A DNA stretch of 64,000 bases from a virus (IMGVR_UViG_3300049484_000177:34384-98383), one strand, 5' to 3'; counted from the stretch's first letter, positions 1 to 10,317 are shown. Notes: a model not told the origin generated them from the sequence alone. Numbers and translations: made by a program.

Positions 1-107
1 CTCACGGCAAGCATCCCAACCGCCACTTTCACTCTACCGACGATGGGGATCATGTGAAATCGTTACTAAGCTAACAATTAGTCCGAACCGTTTATCTCTG
101 TGCCCAC

Positions 108-136
108 TTGAAACTTCCGGCCAGTTATAGTAAACT
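108..136 (+). promoter_or_regulatory. sigma70-like promoter
   Basis: TTGAAA-17 nt-TAAACT upstream of the 177 ORF. Confidence 0.4.
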
Positions 137-176
137 CCCACAGTAGACTTTCCCCTCTAACACCTTTGGCGAGGAG

Positions 177-677
177 TTGGTGGTGACAAAATCTCTGTGC
201 CACAGTGCTTGGTCTAAGCACGAAGGATTAGCTAGAACTATAACATGGCGTGTTGTTAGGGAGTACGGTGGGGATTATGAGGAACTATTCTCAGAATCAC
301 TCGTCCTCTTCGTCCAAGCCTGCAAAACGTGGGAGAAGGACAAGGGGTCGTTATCCAATTGGTTAGCCTGGAAGATATACCGAGGTCTCCAGGAGCGTAA
401 GCGAACAGAGGCTAGGCATAAGTCCATAACCGGGCCGATTGCAGATGGTGAATTGCTTGGTTCACTCTTTCACCACGATAAGAACATCGACCTAATTTGG
501 AAGGACCTCTCGGACGATAGCAGGCTCGTCTTACATATATTGTTCGGCATGGACGTTAAGTTCCGCAACACTAGTTTGGTGAGGATGTCGCTGAGGCTGA
601 AAGTACAGAAGGAGACTGGATGGGGCAATCATAAGGTAACTAACTGCTTTCGAGAGATTGAAGCAGCTCTCACTTGA
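177..677 (+). CDS. RNA polymerase sigma-factor-like protein
   Basis: Region-2-like segment DYEELFSESLVLFVQACKTWEKDKGSLSNWLAWKIY; GAGGAG RBS. Confidence 0.65.
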   Translation: MVVTKSLCHSAWSKHEGLARTITWRVVREYGGDYEELFSESLVLFVQACKTWEKDKGSLSNWLAWKIYRGLQERKRTEARHKSITGPIADGELLGSLFHHDKNIDLIWKDLSDDSRLVLHILFGMDVKFRNTSLVRMSLRLKVQKETGWGNHKVTNCFREIEAALT

Positions 678-690
678 CTCCTCGCCAATG

Positions 691-722
691 AGGGACCGGT
701 AGGATACGGTCCCTTCTTTTTG
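691..722 (+). terminator. Rho-independent terminator
   Basis: AGGGACCG/CGGTCCCT stem followed by a T-tract. Confidence 0.7.
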
Positions 723-743
723 TTATGTGGCTAGAGGTTATCT

Positions 744-2144
744 ATGGGCATTAATGGCAATGGTAGGATGATCGCCTTCCCTTTCCAACGAAGGACTGTA
801 TATGAAGTGGAAAGGAAGTTCAAAGGCAGATCACTCATTGCTAACGACATGGGTCTTGGTAAGACGAACTGTTCGCTTTGGATAGTAAAGCGCAAACGTC
901 TTGGGGAAATGCTACCCGCCCTAGTCATCTGCCCGCGGGTAGTTAGACCACAATGGATCAAGGCAATAGAGGATACTCTAGGCATATACCCAGACGTCCT
1001 TGAAACCCGCAAACCATCCTGGCACCGTAAGGGTGGGCAGGTAGCCATCATTAACTACGATATCATAGCGTGGTGGAGAGACTACCTAGAGGCACAGAAC
1101 TTCCAGACGCTGATACTAGACGAGTGCCAATACCTAATCAATGGTAAACGTAAGCGGACGAGAACAGCTACATCGTTAGCCAAAGAAATACCATACTGCT
1201 TAGCCCTTAGCGGCACCCCTCTAACTAATCGTCCCATCGAACTATTCCCAGTCATCAATGCCCTTCGTCCCCGTGAATGGCCTAACCGGGGATCGTTTGC
1301 TCATAGGTATTGTGGCCCTAAGTTCACCCGCTTTGGTTGGGACTTCACCGGGGCATCTCATATCGATGAGTTGCACGTTAGGCTTAAGCAAACGTGTATG
1401 GTTAGATTTCGCAAGGACGAGGTACTCCGTGAATTGCCCGAGAAGGTTCGAACTATCATACCTGTCGAACTATCTAACCCACAGGAATACCGCAGGGCAA
1501 GGGACGACTTCATCGGTTGGATGAAGCAACGATACCCAGAGAGGCTTAACAAAGCAGTTAAGGCTGCGGCATTAGTTCGCTCTGGGCATCTGTTACGTCT
1601 AGCAGCTAGGCTCAAGCTTCGTAGTGCCATAGATTGGATCAACTACCGATTCGAGACTAACCCAAACGAAAAGATGGTTGTGTTCGCCGTACATAGGAAG
1701 TGTATTGCTGCATTGAAACGTCGTATCAAGGTCAAGAGCATAGTAGTGGATGGTTCAGTGGTAGGCAGACACAGAGATAATGCAGTAGCACAATTCCAGA
1801 ACGACCGGAACACTCGTTGCTTCATCGGCAACATAGCAGCAGCAGGCATTGGATTGAATCTAACCCAAGCATCAACTCTCTGTGTAGTTGAGTTAGCTCA
1901 AAAACCCGGCCCATTGCTGCAAATCGAAGATCGCATCCATCGGATTGGTCAGGAAAAGGTTTCGTGGATCTACTACTTCATTGCTACTGACACTATCGAG
2001 GAAAGTGTTAGTAAGCTAGTCCAACGAAAGCAGAAAGTAATCACGGGTACATTGGATGGTGGAAATGTCGAAGATGACTTTGATCTCTATGATCAATTGC
2101 TAGAAGAACTAGAGAACGAGATTGTTAGATCCAAAACCAAATAG
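744..2144 (+). CDS. SNF2-family helicase (HARP/SMARCAL1-like)
   Basis: DMGLGKT, LILDECQ, LSGTP, GIGLNL and QIEDRIHRIGQ motifs. Confidence 0.95.
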   Translation: MGINGNGRMIAFPFQRRTVYEVERKFKGRSLIANDMGLGKTNCSLWIVKRKRLGEMLPALVICPRVVRPQWIKAIEDTLGIYPDVLETRKPSWHRKGGQVAIINYDIIAWWRDYLEAQNFQTLILDECQYLINGKRKRTRTATSLAKEIPYCLALSGTPLTNRPIELFPVINALRPREWPNRGSFAHRYCGPKFTRFGWDFTGASHIDELHVRLKQTCMVRFRKDEVLRELPEKVRTIIPVELSNPQEYRRARDDFIGWMKQRYPERLNKAVKAAALVRSGHLLRLAARLKLRSAIDWINYRFETNPNEKMVVFAVHRKCIAALKRRIKVKSIVVDGSVVGRHRDNAVAQFQNDRNTRCFIGNIAAAGIGLNLTQASTLCVVELAQKPGPLLQIEDRIHRIGQEKVSWIYYFIATDTIEESVSKLVQRKQKVITGTLDGGNVEDDFDLYDQLLEELENEIVRSKTK

Positions 2145-2391
2145 ACCCAGACCAGAATACGCTCCAGATGGAATACTAGCTGGGGACTATCGACTGGTTA
2201 GAAAGTCTGGCAGATCCGCGCGTCTTAAATGCTTCGGTGATTGGTGGGAGTCAGATAAACTAATCCCCTTCATCGGAAAATGGGTTTGGGTAGATGCTGG
2301 CGGATATTGGATTGTCTCTATAAGAGTCTACAGCAAAGCCTACACCCCAGAGAACTTCATTTGTGAAATAGGAGAAAGAAGAAGAAGATGA
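2122..2391 (+). CDS. hypothetical protein
   Basis: Fills the gap and overlaps the primase start (ATGA). Confidence 0.55.
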   Translation: MLDPKPNRPRPEYAPDGILAGDYRLVRKSGRSARLKCFGDWWESDKLIPFIGKWVWVDAGGYWIVSIRVYSKAYTPENFICEIGERRRR

Positions 2392-3275
2392 ACCTAACCA
2401 GTGTGTTAGACGAACTAGGCATTAAGTATTGTACTGCCGGTCAACATCACCACGTCCGCGAAGGGTGGATTGGCACTTCGTGTTGTTGGTGCCCTCCACC
2501 AATCAACGGCAAAGGTCTCTACCGTCTAGGAATTCAGGTAGCAACCGGAAGGTGTAACTGTTGGGTCTGTGGTCATCATTCCTTAGAATCTGCTCTCGTA
2601 GCTCTCGCCAAGACAACATACCGTAACATACGGTCACTCCTCAAGAACATCTCCCTGCAGAAGTTCCATCTGCGAGATGGTAAGTCATCTGGCACTCTAG
2701 TTATACCAAAGCACGTCGAGCTGTTAGGCCCAGCACACAGAGACTACCTAGCCGAGAGGGGATTCAACCCAGACAAGATCGAAAAGCTCTGGGGTGTTGG
2801 AGGGATAGGGCTTTCCAACAGACTAGCCTGGAGGCTATTCATTCCGGTGAACACCAACGGTGAGACTGTCTCCTGGACGACCAGAAGCATAGGCCGAAAC
2901 AATCCCCGACGTTATGTAAATGCATCGCCCAACGAAGAGAAAGTACCCATCAAAAATACGTTATATGGCATCGACCTAGTCCGCAACAATATAGTTATAA
3001 CCGAAGGTCCTACCGACGTTTGGCGGATCGGACCAGGGGCAGTAGCTACGTTTGGATTGATCGTTAGCCCAATGCAAATCAAGCAAATCAGTCAGTTCCC
3101 ATATCGAACCATCTGCTTCGACAATGAGCCCGCGGCACAGAAAAGGGCAACGTGGTTATGCGAGACGTTATCTACTTACCCAGGCAAAACACATAATGCC
3201 GTGCTTGACTCCGAAGATCCAGGGTCAGCATCAGTTCGTGAGATTCGAAGGTTACGAGAAGCGGTGTTAGACTAG
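2388..3275 (+). CDS. DNA primase (Zn-binding plus TOPRIM)
   Basis: N-terminal Cys pairs; TOPRIM motifs ITEGPTD, CFDNE, EDPG. Confidence 0.9.
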   Translation: MNLTSVLDELGIKYCTAGQHHHVREGWIGTSCCWCPPPINGKGLYRLGIQVATGRCNCWVCGHHSLESALVALAKTTYRNIRSLLKNISLQKFHLRDGKSSGTLVIPKHVELLGPAHRDYLAERGFNPDKIEKLWGVGGIGLSNRLAWRLFIPVNTNGETVSWTTRSIGRNNPRRYVNASPNEEKVPIKNTLYGIDLVRNNIVITEGPTDVWRIGPGAVATFGLIVSPMQIKQISQFPYRTICFDNEPAAQKRATWLCETLSTYPGKTHNAVLDSEDPGSASVREIRRLREAVLD

Positions 3276-3284
3276 AGGTAAATC

Positions 3285-4412
3285 ATGATACAGGAACAAC
3301 CACACCGACCAGATTTCTATAGGGACATATCTACTATGTACCCAAACATAATTGGTATATTCAACGGGAATGTACTTTCAGTCTACCTGTATATCTGTTT
3401 TTACTACTGCCTAGGCAGAAGAACATATATCAAACTAACATATGAACAGATACGAAACGGCACACAACTGACACATGGGTTGCCCATTTCGAGAGGCACC
3501 CTATCCAAAGCAATAAGCGAACTTAAGAAGCTGAAGTTGCTAGAAGTTAAACGCAAGAGGTATAAAGACCCTTATGGAGAAAGAGGAGGTAAGAAAGGAA
3601 AGATAACATCCCATTGGTATAAACCATTCATACCTGGAGTAGCAGAAGGTCATGTAATGGAGTTTCCCCTTGTGTCGGAAACGGGAAAAAGTCCGGTCGA
3701 AAATTTAGACCCTGGGGGCCGGGTACAGTCCAAAAATTCGACCGAAGTCCAGTCCAAAAATTCGACCGATAATTCGGTCCAAATTTTGACCGAAAGTCCG
3801 GTCGAAAATTTAGACCCTTTGTATTGTTCTCTAAACAATACAACTCTTCCGGAAAATCCGGAAAAGAAGACAATACATAAGTTAAGACCTAAAAAGAAAA
3901 CCACCAAAAGTAAACTTCCAGAAGTTACTTTGAAACACAGGTCATCATCGCAGAGTAACAAGCTACCACTAATATCCTCGTCAGATAAGAATGAGGTGCC
4001 CTCGATAGACATATATCAAGAAGCAGTGACTTTATTATGGGACACTATAGCATCACATAACTTGCTCAGTAGAAAGTCCTCGCCTACTTCGTGGAAACAC
4101 ACTTTCAAGTATTACCATACAACTAAGAACATCAATTGGAATGAACTCCTCGCCGTACTCAAATGGTACTGCAACAACTATGATATTGTTATAGCAGATA
4201 AATACTTCCCACAAGCATATTCCGCCGAAGGCTTCTGCGAGAAATACCCTAGAATAGTGATGGCCATTAAAAGACGCGAAGATCAATCATTAAACATAGA
4301 TGCTCTAGAAACTGCTTATGATCCCGCCCCCACGAGACCAGAGGAGATTACCGAAGAGGAGAAAACAAGACGCAAGATACTACACAACGCTTCCATCGCT
4401 CACTTGTTGTAA
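3285..4412 (+). CDS. replication initiator-like protein (N-terminal wHTH, internal iterons)
   Basis: ISRGTLSKAISELKKLKLLEV wHTH; internal DNA repeats; lies between primase and helicase, like lambda O. Confidence 0.7.
   Translation: MIQEQPHRPDFYRDISTMYPNIIGIFNGNVLSVYLYICFYYCLGRRTYIKLTYEQIRNGTQLTHGLPISRGTLSKAISELKKLKLLEVKRKRYKDPYGERGGKKGKITSHWYKPFIPGVAEGHVMEFPLVSETGKSPVENLDPGGRVQSKNSTEVQSKNSTDNSVQILTESPVENLDPLYCSLNNTTLPENPEKKTIHKLRPKKKTTKSKLPEVTLKHRSSSQSNKLPLISSSDKNEVPSIDIYQEAVTLLWDTIASHNLLSRKSSPTSWKHTFKYYHTTKNINWNELLAVLKWYCNNYDIVIADKYFPQAYSAEGFCEKYPRIVMAIKRREDQSLNIDALETAYDPAPTRPEEITEEEKTRRKILHNASIAHLL
3688..3818. repeat. iteron array, probable replication origin
   Basis: 26-bp direct repeat at 3688-3713 and 3793-3818; CAGTCCAAAAATTCGACCGA at 3726 and 3750, variant at 3775; AT-rich tract follows. 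Confidence 0.75.
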
Positions 4413-4428
4413 CATGACACGGTGACAA

Positions 4429-5886
4429 ATGAAAATATCCCGATTCGATTCGAGTAGCATGCGGCTTATACTGATTGGTATGATAACCAATATCAAGGTG
4501 TGTAGTCGTATGGCCTCTATAATGAATAGCAATAAAAGCATAAGGTTCAATGACGCGTACTCCAAGTTGATAGCTAAGTGGTGCATAGATCACCTAAAAA
4601 AGTTCGGTACGGTTATAGGTGATAACATAACCACGGTATTTCATCATTGGGCAGAAAACAGTGCTACTGATAAAGCCACGATAGATCAGATAGAAGATAT
4701 ACTAGAGTTTCTCTCGAACGAATACAGCGGATCTGCCGACCAATCACCAGATTATATTCTGAGTCTAGCTACTGAGTATTTCAATACCCGCATCATTAAG
4801 AATAGAATTGAAGAAGCGGAAGGCAGCATCACATCAGGGCAGGTTGATGAAGCTTACAAACAGCTAAACTCAACACCGCGAATAGACTTTAGTGTCACCA
4901 GTATCATAAAGCCGCTGGAGGATCACGAAGAGTTACTAGAGGTATTCAATGAAGAACGAGTCAAGCCACTGTTTGAGTATCCAGGTGACCTCGGAAAGCT
5001 TATAGGTCAATCATTCACCCGTGGAACATTATTTGCCTTTATGGGCATTGAGAAAGCAGGCAAGTCCTACTATCTACTTGATGCAGCATACAGAGCACTT
5101 AAACAACGTCATAGGGTAGCTTACTTTGAGGTAGGTGATCTCGGCAAGCGAAAGACGATAGAGCGATTGGGACAGAGGATACTAAGGCAACCCGTCAACA
5201 GTGAAGATGTAAGCTGGCCGATAGGGTGGGACAAAGAAGACAAGCCTACAACTGAACTCATTCACAAGGATGGAGTCTCGGTAGCACACCTAATGAAGAG
5301 AATCAGACGATATACAAGGGGCAGGGATTTACTTAGGTTATCTGTTCACACCAACTCAAGTATCAATGTAACTGGTATCGAATCCTATCTACAAGAGTGG
5401 GCGAGGATTGAGTGTTGGACTCCAGATGTAGTAGTCATCGATTATGCAGACATTCTGGCTCCTCCAAGTGGATTTATGGAACTGAAGGATCAGATAGATG
5501 AAACGTGGAAGCAGTTACGACGTATGTCACAGACATATGATTGTCTAGTCCTGACTGCTACACAAACTGGCGCCCAAGCGTACAAGAAGAATGGTAGATA
5601 CATAACACGTCATGACTTCTCCGGTCGCAAAACTAAGTTGGCTCATGTCAATGGTATACTTGGGCTTAATGCTAGTGCTGAAGATATGAGACGTAATATA
5701 ACTAGGGTGAACTGGGTTGTACGAAGAGAGGGTGGGGGTTCTGAATCTCTCCAGGTGTTAGTAGCTGGATGCTTCGCTGCTGGCATGCCTATAGTCCTCT
5801 CTAAGTTCCCGAAGCCGTTCGTATCACCCAATGGTCAAAATGGCAAGGAATCATCCGAACATAAGGGAAAGGAAAAACCGGAATGA
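4429..5886 (+). CDS. dnaB: DnaB-like replicative helicase
   Basis: Walker A GIEKAGKS, VVIDYAD, LTATQ. Confidence 0.85.
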   Translation: MKISRFDSSSMRLILIGMITNIKVCSRMASIMNSNKSIRFNDAYSKLIAKWCIDHLKKFGTVIGDNITTVFHHWAENSATDKATIDQIEDILEFLSNEYSGSADQSPDYILSLATEYFNTRIIKNRIEEAEGSITSGQVDEAYKQLNSTPRIDFSVTSIIKPLEDHEELLEVFNEERVKPLFEYPGDLGKLIGQSFTRGTLFAFMGIEKAGKSYYLLDAAYRALKQRHRVAYFEVGDLGKRKTIERLGQRILRQPVNSEDVSWPIGWDKEDKPTTELIHKDGVSVAHLMKRIRRYTRGRDLLRLSVHTNSSINVTGIESYLQEWARIECWTPDVVVIDYADILAPPSGFMELKDQIDETWKQLRRMSQTYDCLVLTATQTGAQAYKKNGRYITRHDFSGRKTKLAHVNGILGLNASAEDMRRNITRVNWVVRREGGGSESLQVLVAGCFAAGMPIVLSKFPKPFVSPNGQNGKESSEHKGKEKPE

Positions 5887-6073
5887 GAACCGAAACCAAA
5901 CTTCAAAGCCTTGGGGCCAGGCTCCCCGAATTTCGGGGCTTGGAAGAAGGGTTCGGGTTCCGGTCGGGGAATCCGAGAGTCCCGTAAACGGGGACGTGGT
6001 GGGTTTGGTGGGGTCCGTCTTGTGGGGAAGGAAACATTCCCCATTGTAACTATTTGTGGCGAGGAGTGATTGC

Positions 6074-6556
6074 ATGACAACGATCAAACGTGGATTGGTA
6101 GTGAAGGTAATGGAGTCTGCCGGGTTCACTACAGCAGGAGCATTGTCTACCGGACGTCTAACGAAAAAGATCAACCGCATCAATCGGGTAGTGAAGACAC
6201 CGAAGGATCTAATGGACAACACGGAGGAATCAGTCATCAGTGCATTCAAGGTTATCATGCGATGCATTGAGATAGGTGACAGAATCATCGTACAGGAAGA
6301 CCGGGAGAATATCCCAGTGGTAGAGCACGAGCCACAAGCAAAAAGGGCCTATGTGTCTCACTTCGATCAAGGGAGGGGCAAGTACGATTGGAACACCATA
6401 CTATCCGGCAGGATAGTCCAGTTAGTTCAGGGAGAGGATTACGATTGCAAGACCTCGGCATTTGGTGTGCAGGTCAGGACACACGCAAAGAAGTTAGGTG
6501 TAGGGGTTCGTATATCAATCAGCAAGAGCAAGATCGTCGTCCAGGCAATTAGGTAG
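6074..6556 (+). CDS. hypothetical protein with C-terminal YDW-type domain (copy 1 of 3)
   Basis: KYDWNTILSG...GEDY...HAKKLG...VVQA, shared with the 33514 and 37122 ORFs. Confidence 0.75.
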   Translation: MTTIKRGLVVKVMESAGFTTAGALSTGRLTKKINRINRVVKTPKDLMDNTEESVISAFKVIMRCIEIGDRIIVQEDRENIPVVEHEPQAKRAYVSHFDQGRGKYDWNTILSGRIVQLVQGEDYDCKTSAFGVQVRTHAKKLGVGVRISISKSKIVVQAIR

Positions 6557-6570
6557 ATGGAGGCTAATCA

Positions 6571-6975
6571 ATGTGGACGCCTAGAGGTAAGGACGAAAAG
6601 AAGCCGGTTGGAATTCTCCAAGCTACGTTCGAGCGGCTTCACGAGGCTGGGTGCATTCAAACCCTTGCAGATCAAGAAGCAGACGTAATTGAAGCCCGGA
6701 GAAAGCACGGGGTTGTTTTCAGTGGTCTCATGTTCATAACCAATCAGAACCCCTGTGATGGCTGCCCTGAATACAAGAACGGGACCTGTCAAGCCTTCCT
6801 CAAGTATCACACCCAAGCCGCCCGCGATGAGAATGACCGAAGGGTTCGGAAGCTTGAGTCCACAGCTCCCAAGGGCACAGAGAAATACCCCGGTCTAAGT
6901 GTTGCCCAGATCGCTGATGAGTTGCACATCTCCAAGAGTGAAGTGAGACGTAGAAAGGCGGCTGGGACTCTGTAA
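6571..6975 (+). CDS. Cys-cluster protein with C-terminal HTH
   Basis: PCDGC...C; LSVAQIADELHISKSEVRR HTH. Confidence 0.7.
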   Translation: MWTPRGKDEKKPVGILQATFERLHEAGCIQTLADQEADVIEARRKHGVVFSGLMFITNQNPCDGCPEYKNGTCQAFLKYHTQAARDENDRRVRKLESTAPKGTEKYPGLSVAQIADELHISKSEVRRRKAAGTL

Positions 6976-6983
6976 GGGGATAG

Positions 6984-7373
6984 GTGATGGGTTGGTCCCT
7001 CCTACTTGGGGTAATCCTCATATTGTACATTCTTGAACTAATCCACGATCTGAGGATGAGGAACAGGTCACCCAAACCAGTACACACCATAAAGTGGAAG
7101 TCGGTAGGAGATGAAAGACCTAGACATATGGGATTAACAACTCGGGTATCCATCAAATTGTCCGAAGAGGGAAAAGGGAAACGTTGGCTTGCTGCTACGT
7201 TAACAACGAATACACCAGATGGCGTGGCCGTTATTCGTAGGGCTGGTTGGTGTCATCCTCCTGCAAGTATACTAGTTGTACGCATAACTTCCGACTGTCC
7301 AGTTGAACTACTGGATGCAGCGGTTGAAGCGGGTTACTACGTTGTTGGCAAACCAATAGACAAAAGGATCTAA
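6984..7373 (+). CDS. hypothetical protein with N-terminal hydrophobic helix
   Basis: Operon-packed ORF; true start uncertain. Confidence 0.55.
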   Translation: MMGWSLLLGVILILYILELIHDLRMRNRSPKPVHTIKWKSVGDERPRHMGLTTRVSIKLSEEGKGKRWLAATLTTNTPDGVAVIRRAGWCHPPASILVVRITSDCPVELLDAAVEAGYYVVGKPIDKRI

Positions 7374-7376
7374 CCA

Positions 7377-8441
7377 ATGCGAATCAATCGCGAGTATTTG
7401 CTCCACAAACTCCAACAGGTATCCCCTGGATTAGCAAGCCGGGAAATTGTTGAACAGTCCGCATCGTTTGTGTTCAATGAAGGTTCTATAGCTACATTCA
7501 ACGATGAGGTACTGTGTATTGCCGATCTTGAATGTGATATTGTAGGGGCTGTGCATGCAGCTCCACTGAGCAGTCTCTTATCGAAGCTGGCAGAAGATGA
7601 ATTGGACATTTCATCTAATGGGTCAGAGTTGCTCGTCAAGGGCAAAAGAAGCCGATCTGGCATTAGGATGCAGAAGGACATACTTCTGCCTATCTCCAGC
7701 GTCGAGCTGCCAGACGATTCATCATGGTCTGATCTTCATGGTGAGTTTGTGGAGGCACTAACCATCGTTGAGGGATCGGCATCGAAGGATGATTCCACCT
7801 TCAACCTTACCTGCATCCATGTCAGTCCCAAATATCTCGAAGCCTGCGATGGTTACCAACTCACCCGATACAAACTGAAGACCGGTATAACTAACGAATG
7901 CCTCATCAAACGGGACGCAGCGAAGTCCCTCATTGGATCATCAGTCAATCAGGTCAGCGAAGGTAAGAATTGGATTCATTTCAGGGGCAAGGAGATTCGC
8001 ATATCCTTCCGCAAGTGGATTCAGGACTACGTTGATCTTAGTCAGCTCATCAGTGCACGCGGGCAAAAGACAACACTGCCGGGAGGGTTAGCTGAGGCTG
8101 TGGACAAGGCTGAAATATTCTCGGCCGACAATTCGGTTAGGAATGAGGTCACAGTACAAATCAGACAGGGAAGGCTGAGACTGAAGGGTGAGGGTGGCCA
8201 CGGGTGGTACGAGGAACGAAAGAAGATCGAGTACACTGGTGAGCCCATCTCTTTCATGATCTCGCCCAAGCTGTTAACTGAGATCACCAAACGAACGAAT
8301 GACTGTGAAATCACTAGGGGCTGTTTGAGAATCGATGCAGGCAAGTTCATCTTTGTGGCAGCACTTGGTGAGATAGAGGAAAAGGAAGAGGTAGTAGCCG
8401 AACAGGAAGAGACACAGGGACAAGCAGAGGAGCAAGAATGA
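7377..8441 (+). CDS. dnaN: DNA polymerase III beta-like sliding clamp
   Basis: 354 aa; MRINREYLLHKLQQV start; LTCIHV...ACDGYQL matches the beta-clamp LxGV...ATDGHRL pattern. Confidence 0.8.
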   Translation: MRINREYLLHKLQQVSPGLASREIVEQSASFVFNEGSIATFNDEVLCIADLECDIVGAVHAAPLSSLLSKLAEDELDISSNGSELLVKGKRSRSGIRMQKDILLPISSVELPDDSSWSDLHGEFVEALTIVEGSASKDDSTFNLTCIHVSPKYLEACDGYQLTRYKLKTGITNECLIKRDAAKSLIGSSVNQVSEGKNWIHFRGKEIRISFRKWIQDYVDLSQLISARGQKTTLPGGLAEAVDKAEIFSADNSVRNEVTVQIRQGRLRLKGEGGHGWYEERKKIEYTGEPISFMISPKLLTEITKRTNDCEITRGCLRIDAGKFIFVAALGEIEEKEEVVAEQEETQGQAEEQE

Positions 8442-8761
8442 TATATCTTGCTAGTCCGTATTCTGATCCCAATCCGGTTGTTATGGAGGAAAGATTCAGG
8501 GCTGCTTGTATTGCCGCTGGGGAACTCATGAACCAAGGATTGGTAGTTTTCAGTCCTATTGCTCATACCCATCCAATAGCTGTTGCCTGCAATCTACCAA
8601 GGGGCTGGGATTATTGGCATCAGTTCGACTTGGAATTCATTAGGGCAGCAGATGCTTTAATCGTCCTACGATTGCCTGGATGGAACAAGTCAAAAGGTAT
8701 AGATGGTGAACTGTCGATAGCTAGGGATTTGTGTATCCCAATAGACTTCATTGATCCTTAA
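8438..8761 (+). CDS. DUF1937 / nucleoside 2-deoxyribosyltransferase-like protein
   Basis: MIYLASPYS, FSPIAHTH, GWNKSKGIDGE. Confidence 0.85.
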   Translation: MIYLASPYSDPNPVVMEERFRAACIAAGELMNQGLVVFSPIAHTHPIAVACNLPRGWDYWHQFDLEFIRAADALIVLRLPGWNKSKGIDGELSIARDLCIPIDFIDP

Positions 8762-8926
8762 CGCCCTCCACAGGCTTACCCGTTCCGAAGATTAGGCTGG
8801 TTCCTAACGCAAGAGTCGTGGTGCCACCGCAGAGAAAGAGGGTACTGGAAACGCAGAGTAGAATCGACAATCCGATAAGGTCTTCTGTATCTCCAAAGGG
8901 GACGTTCCCCAACTGTGGAGGGTGTT
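8760..8926 (+). ncRNA. candidate structured RNA (~165 nt)
   Basis: 14-bp closing stem AACGCCCTCCACAG/CTGTGGAGGGTGTT with one G-U, internal hairpins, T-tract. Confidence 0.55.
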
Positions 8927-8949
8927 TTTATTTTCAAGGGAGCCAACAA

Positions 8950-9144
8950 ATGAGTGATGAAGAAAAAGCAAGAGTGAGAAAGATGCAGGAGGAGGATCAG
9001 GCCCTAGCCAGGATGGCAGATACTCTACCTGCCGTATTCTGGAGGATGTACAAGAATCTATGTGAGGAAGGATTCAGTGAAGGACAAGCTATGTCCTTAC
9101 TCCAGACGTTTATTGCGAGTGCTATAGGTGCGATCAAGCCATGA
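8950..9144 (+). CDS. hypothetical protein
   Basis: AAGGGAG RBS, ATG at 8950. Confidence 0.7.
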   Translation: MSDEEKARVRKMQEEDQALARMADTLPAVFWRMYKNLCEEGFSEGQAMSLLQTFIASAIGAIKP

Positions 9145-9335
9145 GTTATCCCTACTACTACGCATGGAATAACAATAGCAAGAGAAGGACTCTCTACATG
9201 CGACCATGCAGACTAGTTGCTAAGGGATCAAGGAACTCGGTGCTCATTGAGTTCGAAGGGGGCCAACAGGAATGTGTTAGTAGGTTCTCTATCAGGAAAC
9301 AACCAAGGAGGCCGGCATTGCCGTTGTTCAAATGA
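9141..9335 (+). CDS. hypothetical protein
   Basis: ATGA overlaps at both ends. Confidence 0.65.
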   Translation: MSYPYYYAWNNNSKRRTLYMRPCRLVAKGSRNSVLIEFEGGQQECVSRFSIRKQPRRPALPLFK

Positions 9336-9571
9336 GTATTCCGCTAAAGCCAGATGATCCGGCTATGTGTTTGTTGAAGGACAACGTTCACTCTCGTCCA
9401 AAGATATTCAGACCAGACTGCTACATTTGTACGGACCCAGAATTTGCTCTGATGGGTTTACCTCTGTGTCAGCCATGCCCGAAGTGTGGTGGCCACGTAG
9501 CGGCAGATGATACAATTTGTGATGAATGCGGATTTGATACCCTTCCCATACCTCCCGACTACTTCGAGTGA
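9332..9571 (+). CDS. Cys-rich zinc-ribbon protein
   Basis: CYIC, CPKC, CDEC. Confidence 0.7.
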   Translation: MSIPLKPDDPAMCLLKDNVHSRPKIFRPDCYICTDPEFALMGLPLCQPCPKCGGHVAADDTICDECGFDTLPIPPDYFE

Positions 9572-9574
9572 TAT

Positions 9575-10057
9575 ATGAGCAAATGCTTCATCGTTACCAC
9601 GGGAGAGTATTCAGACTACAGCATAGAGGCTGTATTCACCAAAGAAGATTCTGCTAACGAGTACTCCAGTAACTTGCCGGGGTCTCGGGTAGAAGAGCAG
9701 GAACTTGATCCTAAGTACTCCATCTGTACGGAGAAGAGATGGAGTGTATACATCAGACTCAATTCAGGTGAGGTTCTCTGCATAGTTAAGCATAAGGAAG
9801 TCGTTTGTGACGGTGAACCTGAAGAGCAATTGAGACTGAGAACATGGATTGACTCAGATCCTACAAGCATTTGTTGTATGGACAGAATGACTTGTTATGA
9901 TAGTCTTAGTGGTATAGTAAAAGCCAAATCAGAGGAACACGCTCGCAGGCACGTAGAGGAGATTCGTAGGCAGATCCTAGCCGGTCAGTTACCGTCTGGA
10001 GTTGAAAATGTTGATTCTTACCAAAGGTGTCTAGCAATAACAAACCAACAACGGTGA
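9575..10057 (+). CDS. hypothetical phage protein
   Basis: N-terminal IVTTGEYSDYSIEAVF motif common in phage ORFs. Confidence 0.7.
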   Translation: MSKCFIVTTGEYSDYSIEAVFTKEDSANEYSSNLPGSRVEEQELDPKYSICTEKRWSVYIRLNSGEVLCIVKHKEVVCDGEPEEQLRLRTWIDSDPTSICCMDRMTCYDSLSGIVKAKSEEHARRHVEEIRRQILAGQLPSGVENVDSYQRCLAITNQQR

Positions 10058-10062
10058 GGCCA

Positions 10063-10317
10063 ATGTCCCCAGAACCAGCTTATGCGTACTGCAAGAAGGT
10101 AAAGTTGTCTGTTTGTACCACCCCAGCAAATGGCACCTTCAATATCTATGTAAGGCATTGGTGGATAGTAACCCCAGACGACGAGATTCTTCTCTACAGA
10201 GGATACTCACCCCAATGCAACTCTAACGAATCTGTAGCGAGGGGCATTCGAGATCGTCTCTACCCCGATATGGATGTTCGCCGGTTGGACCAAGTATTTC
10301 TGCCCCACCACGGATAG
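10063..10317 (+). CDS. hypothetical protein
   Basis: GAGG RBS; SPQCNSNE motif. Confidence 0.6.
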   Translation: MSPEPAYAYCKKVKLSVCTTPANGTFNIYVRHWWIVTPDDEILLYRGYSPQCNSNESVARGIRDRLYPDMDVRRLDQVFLPHHG

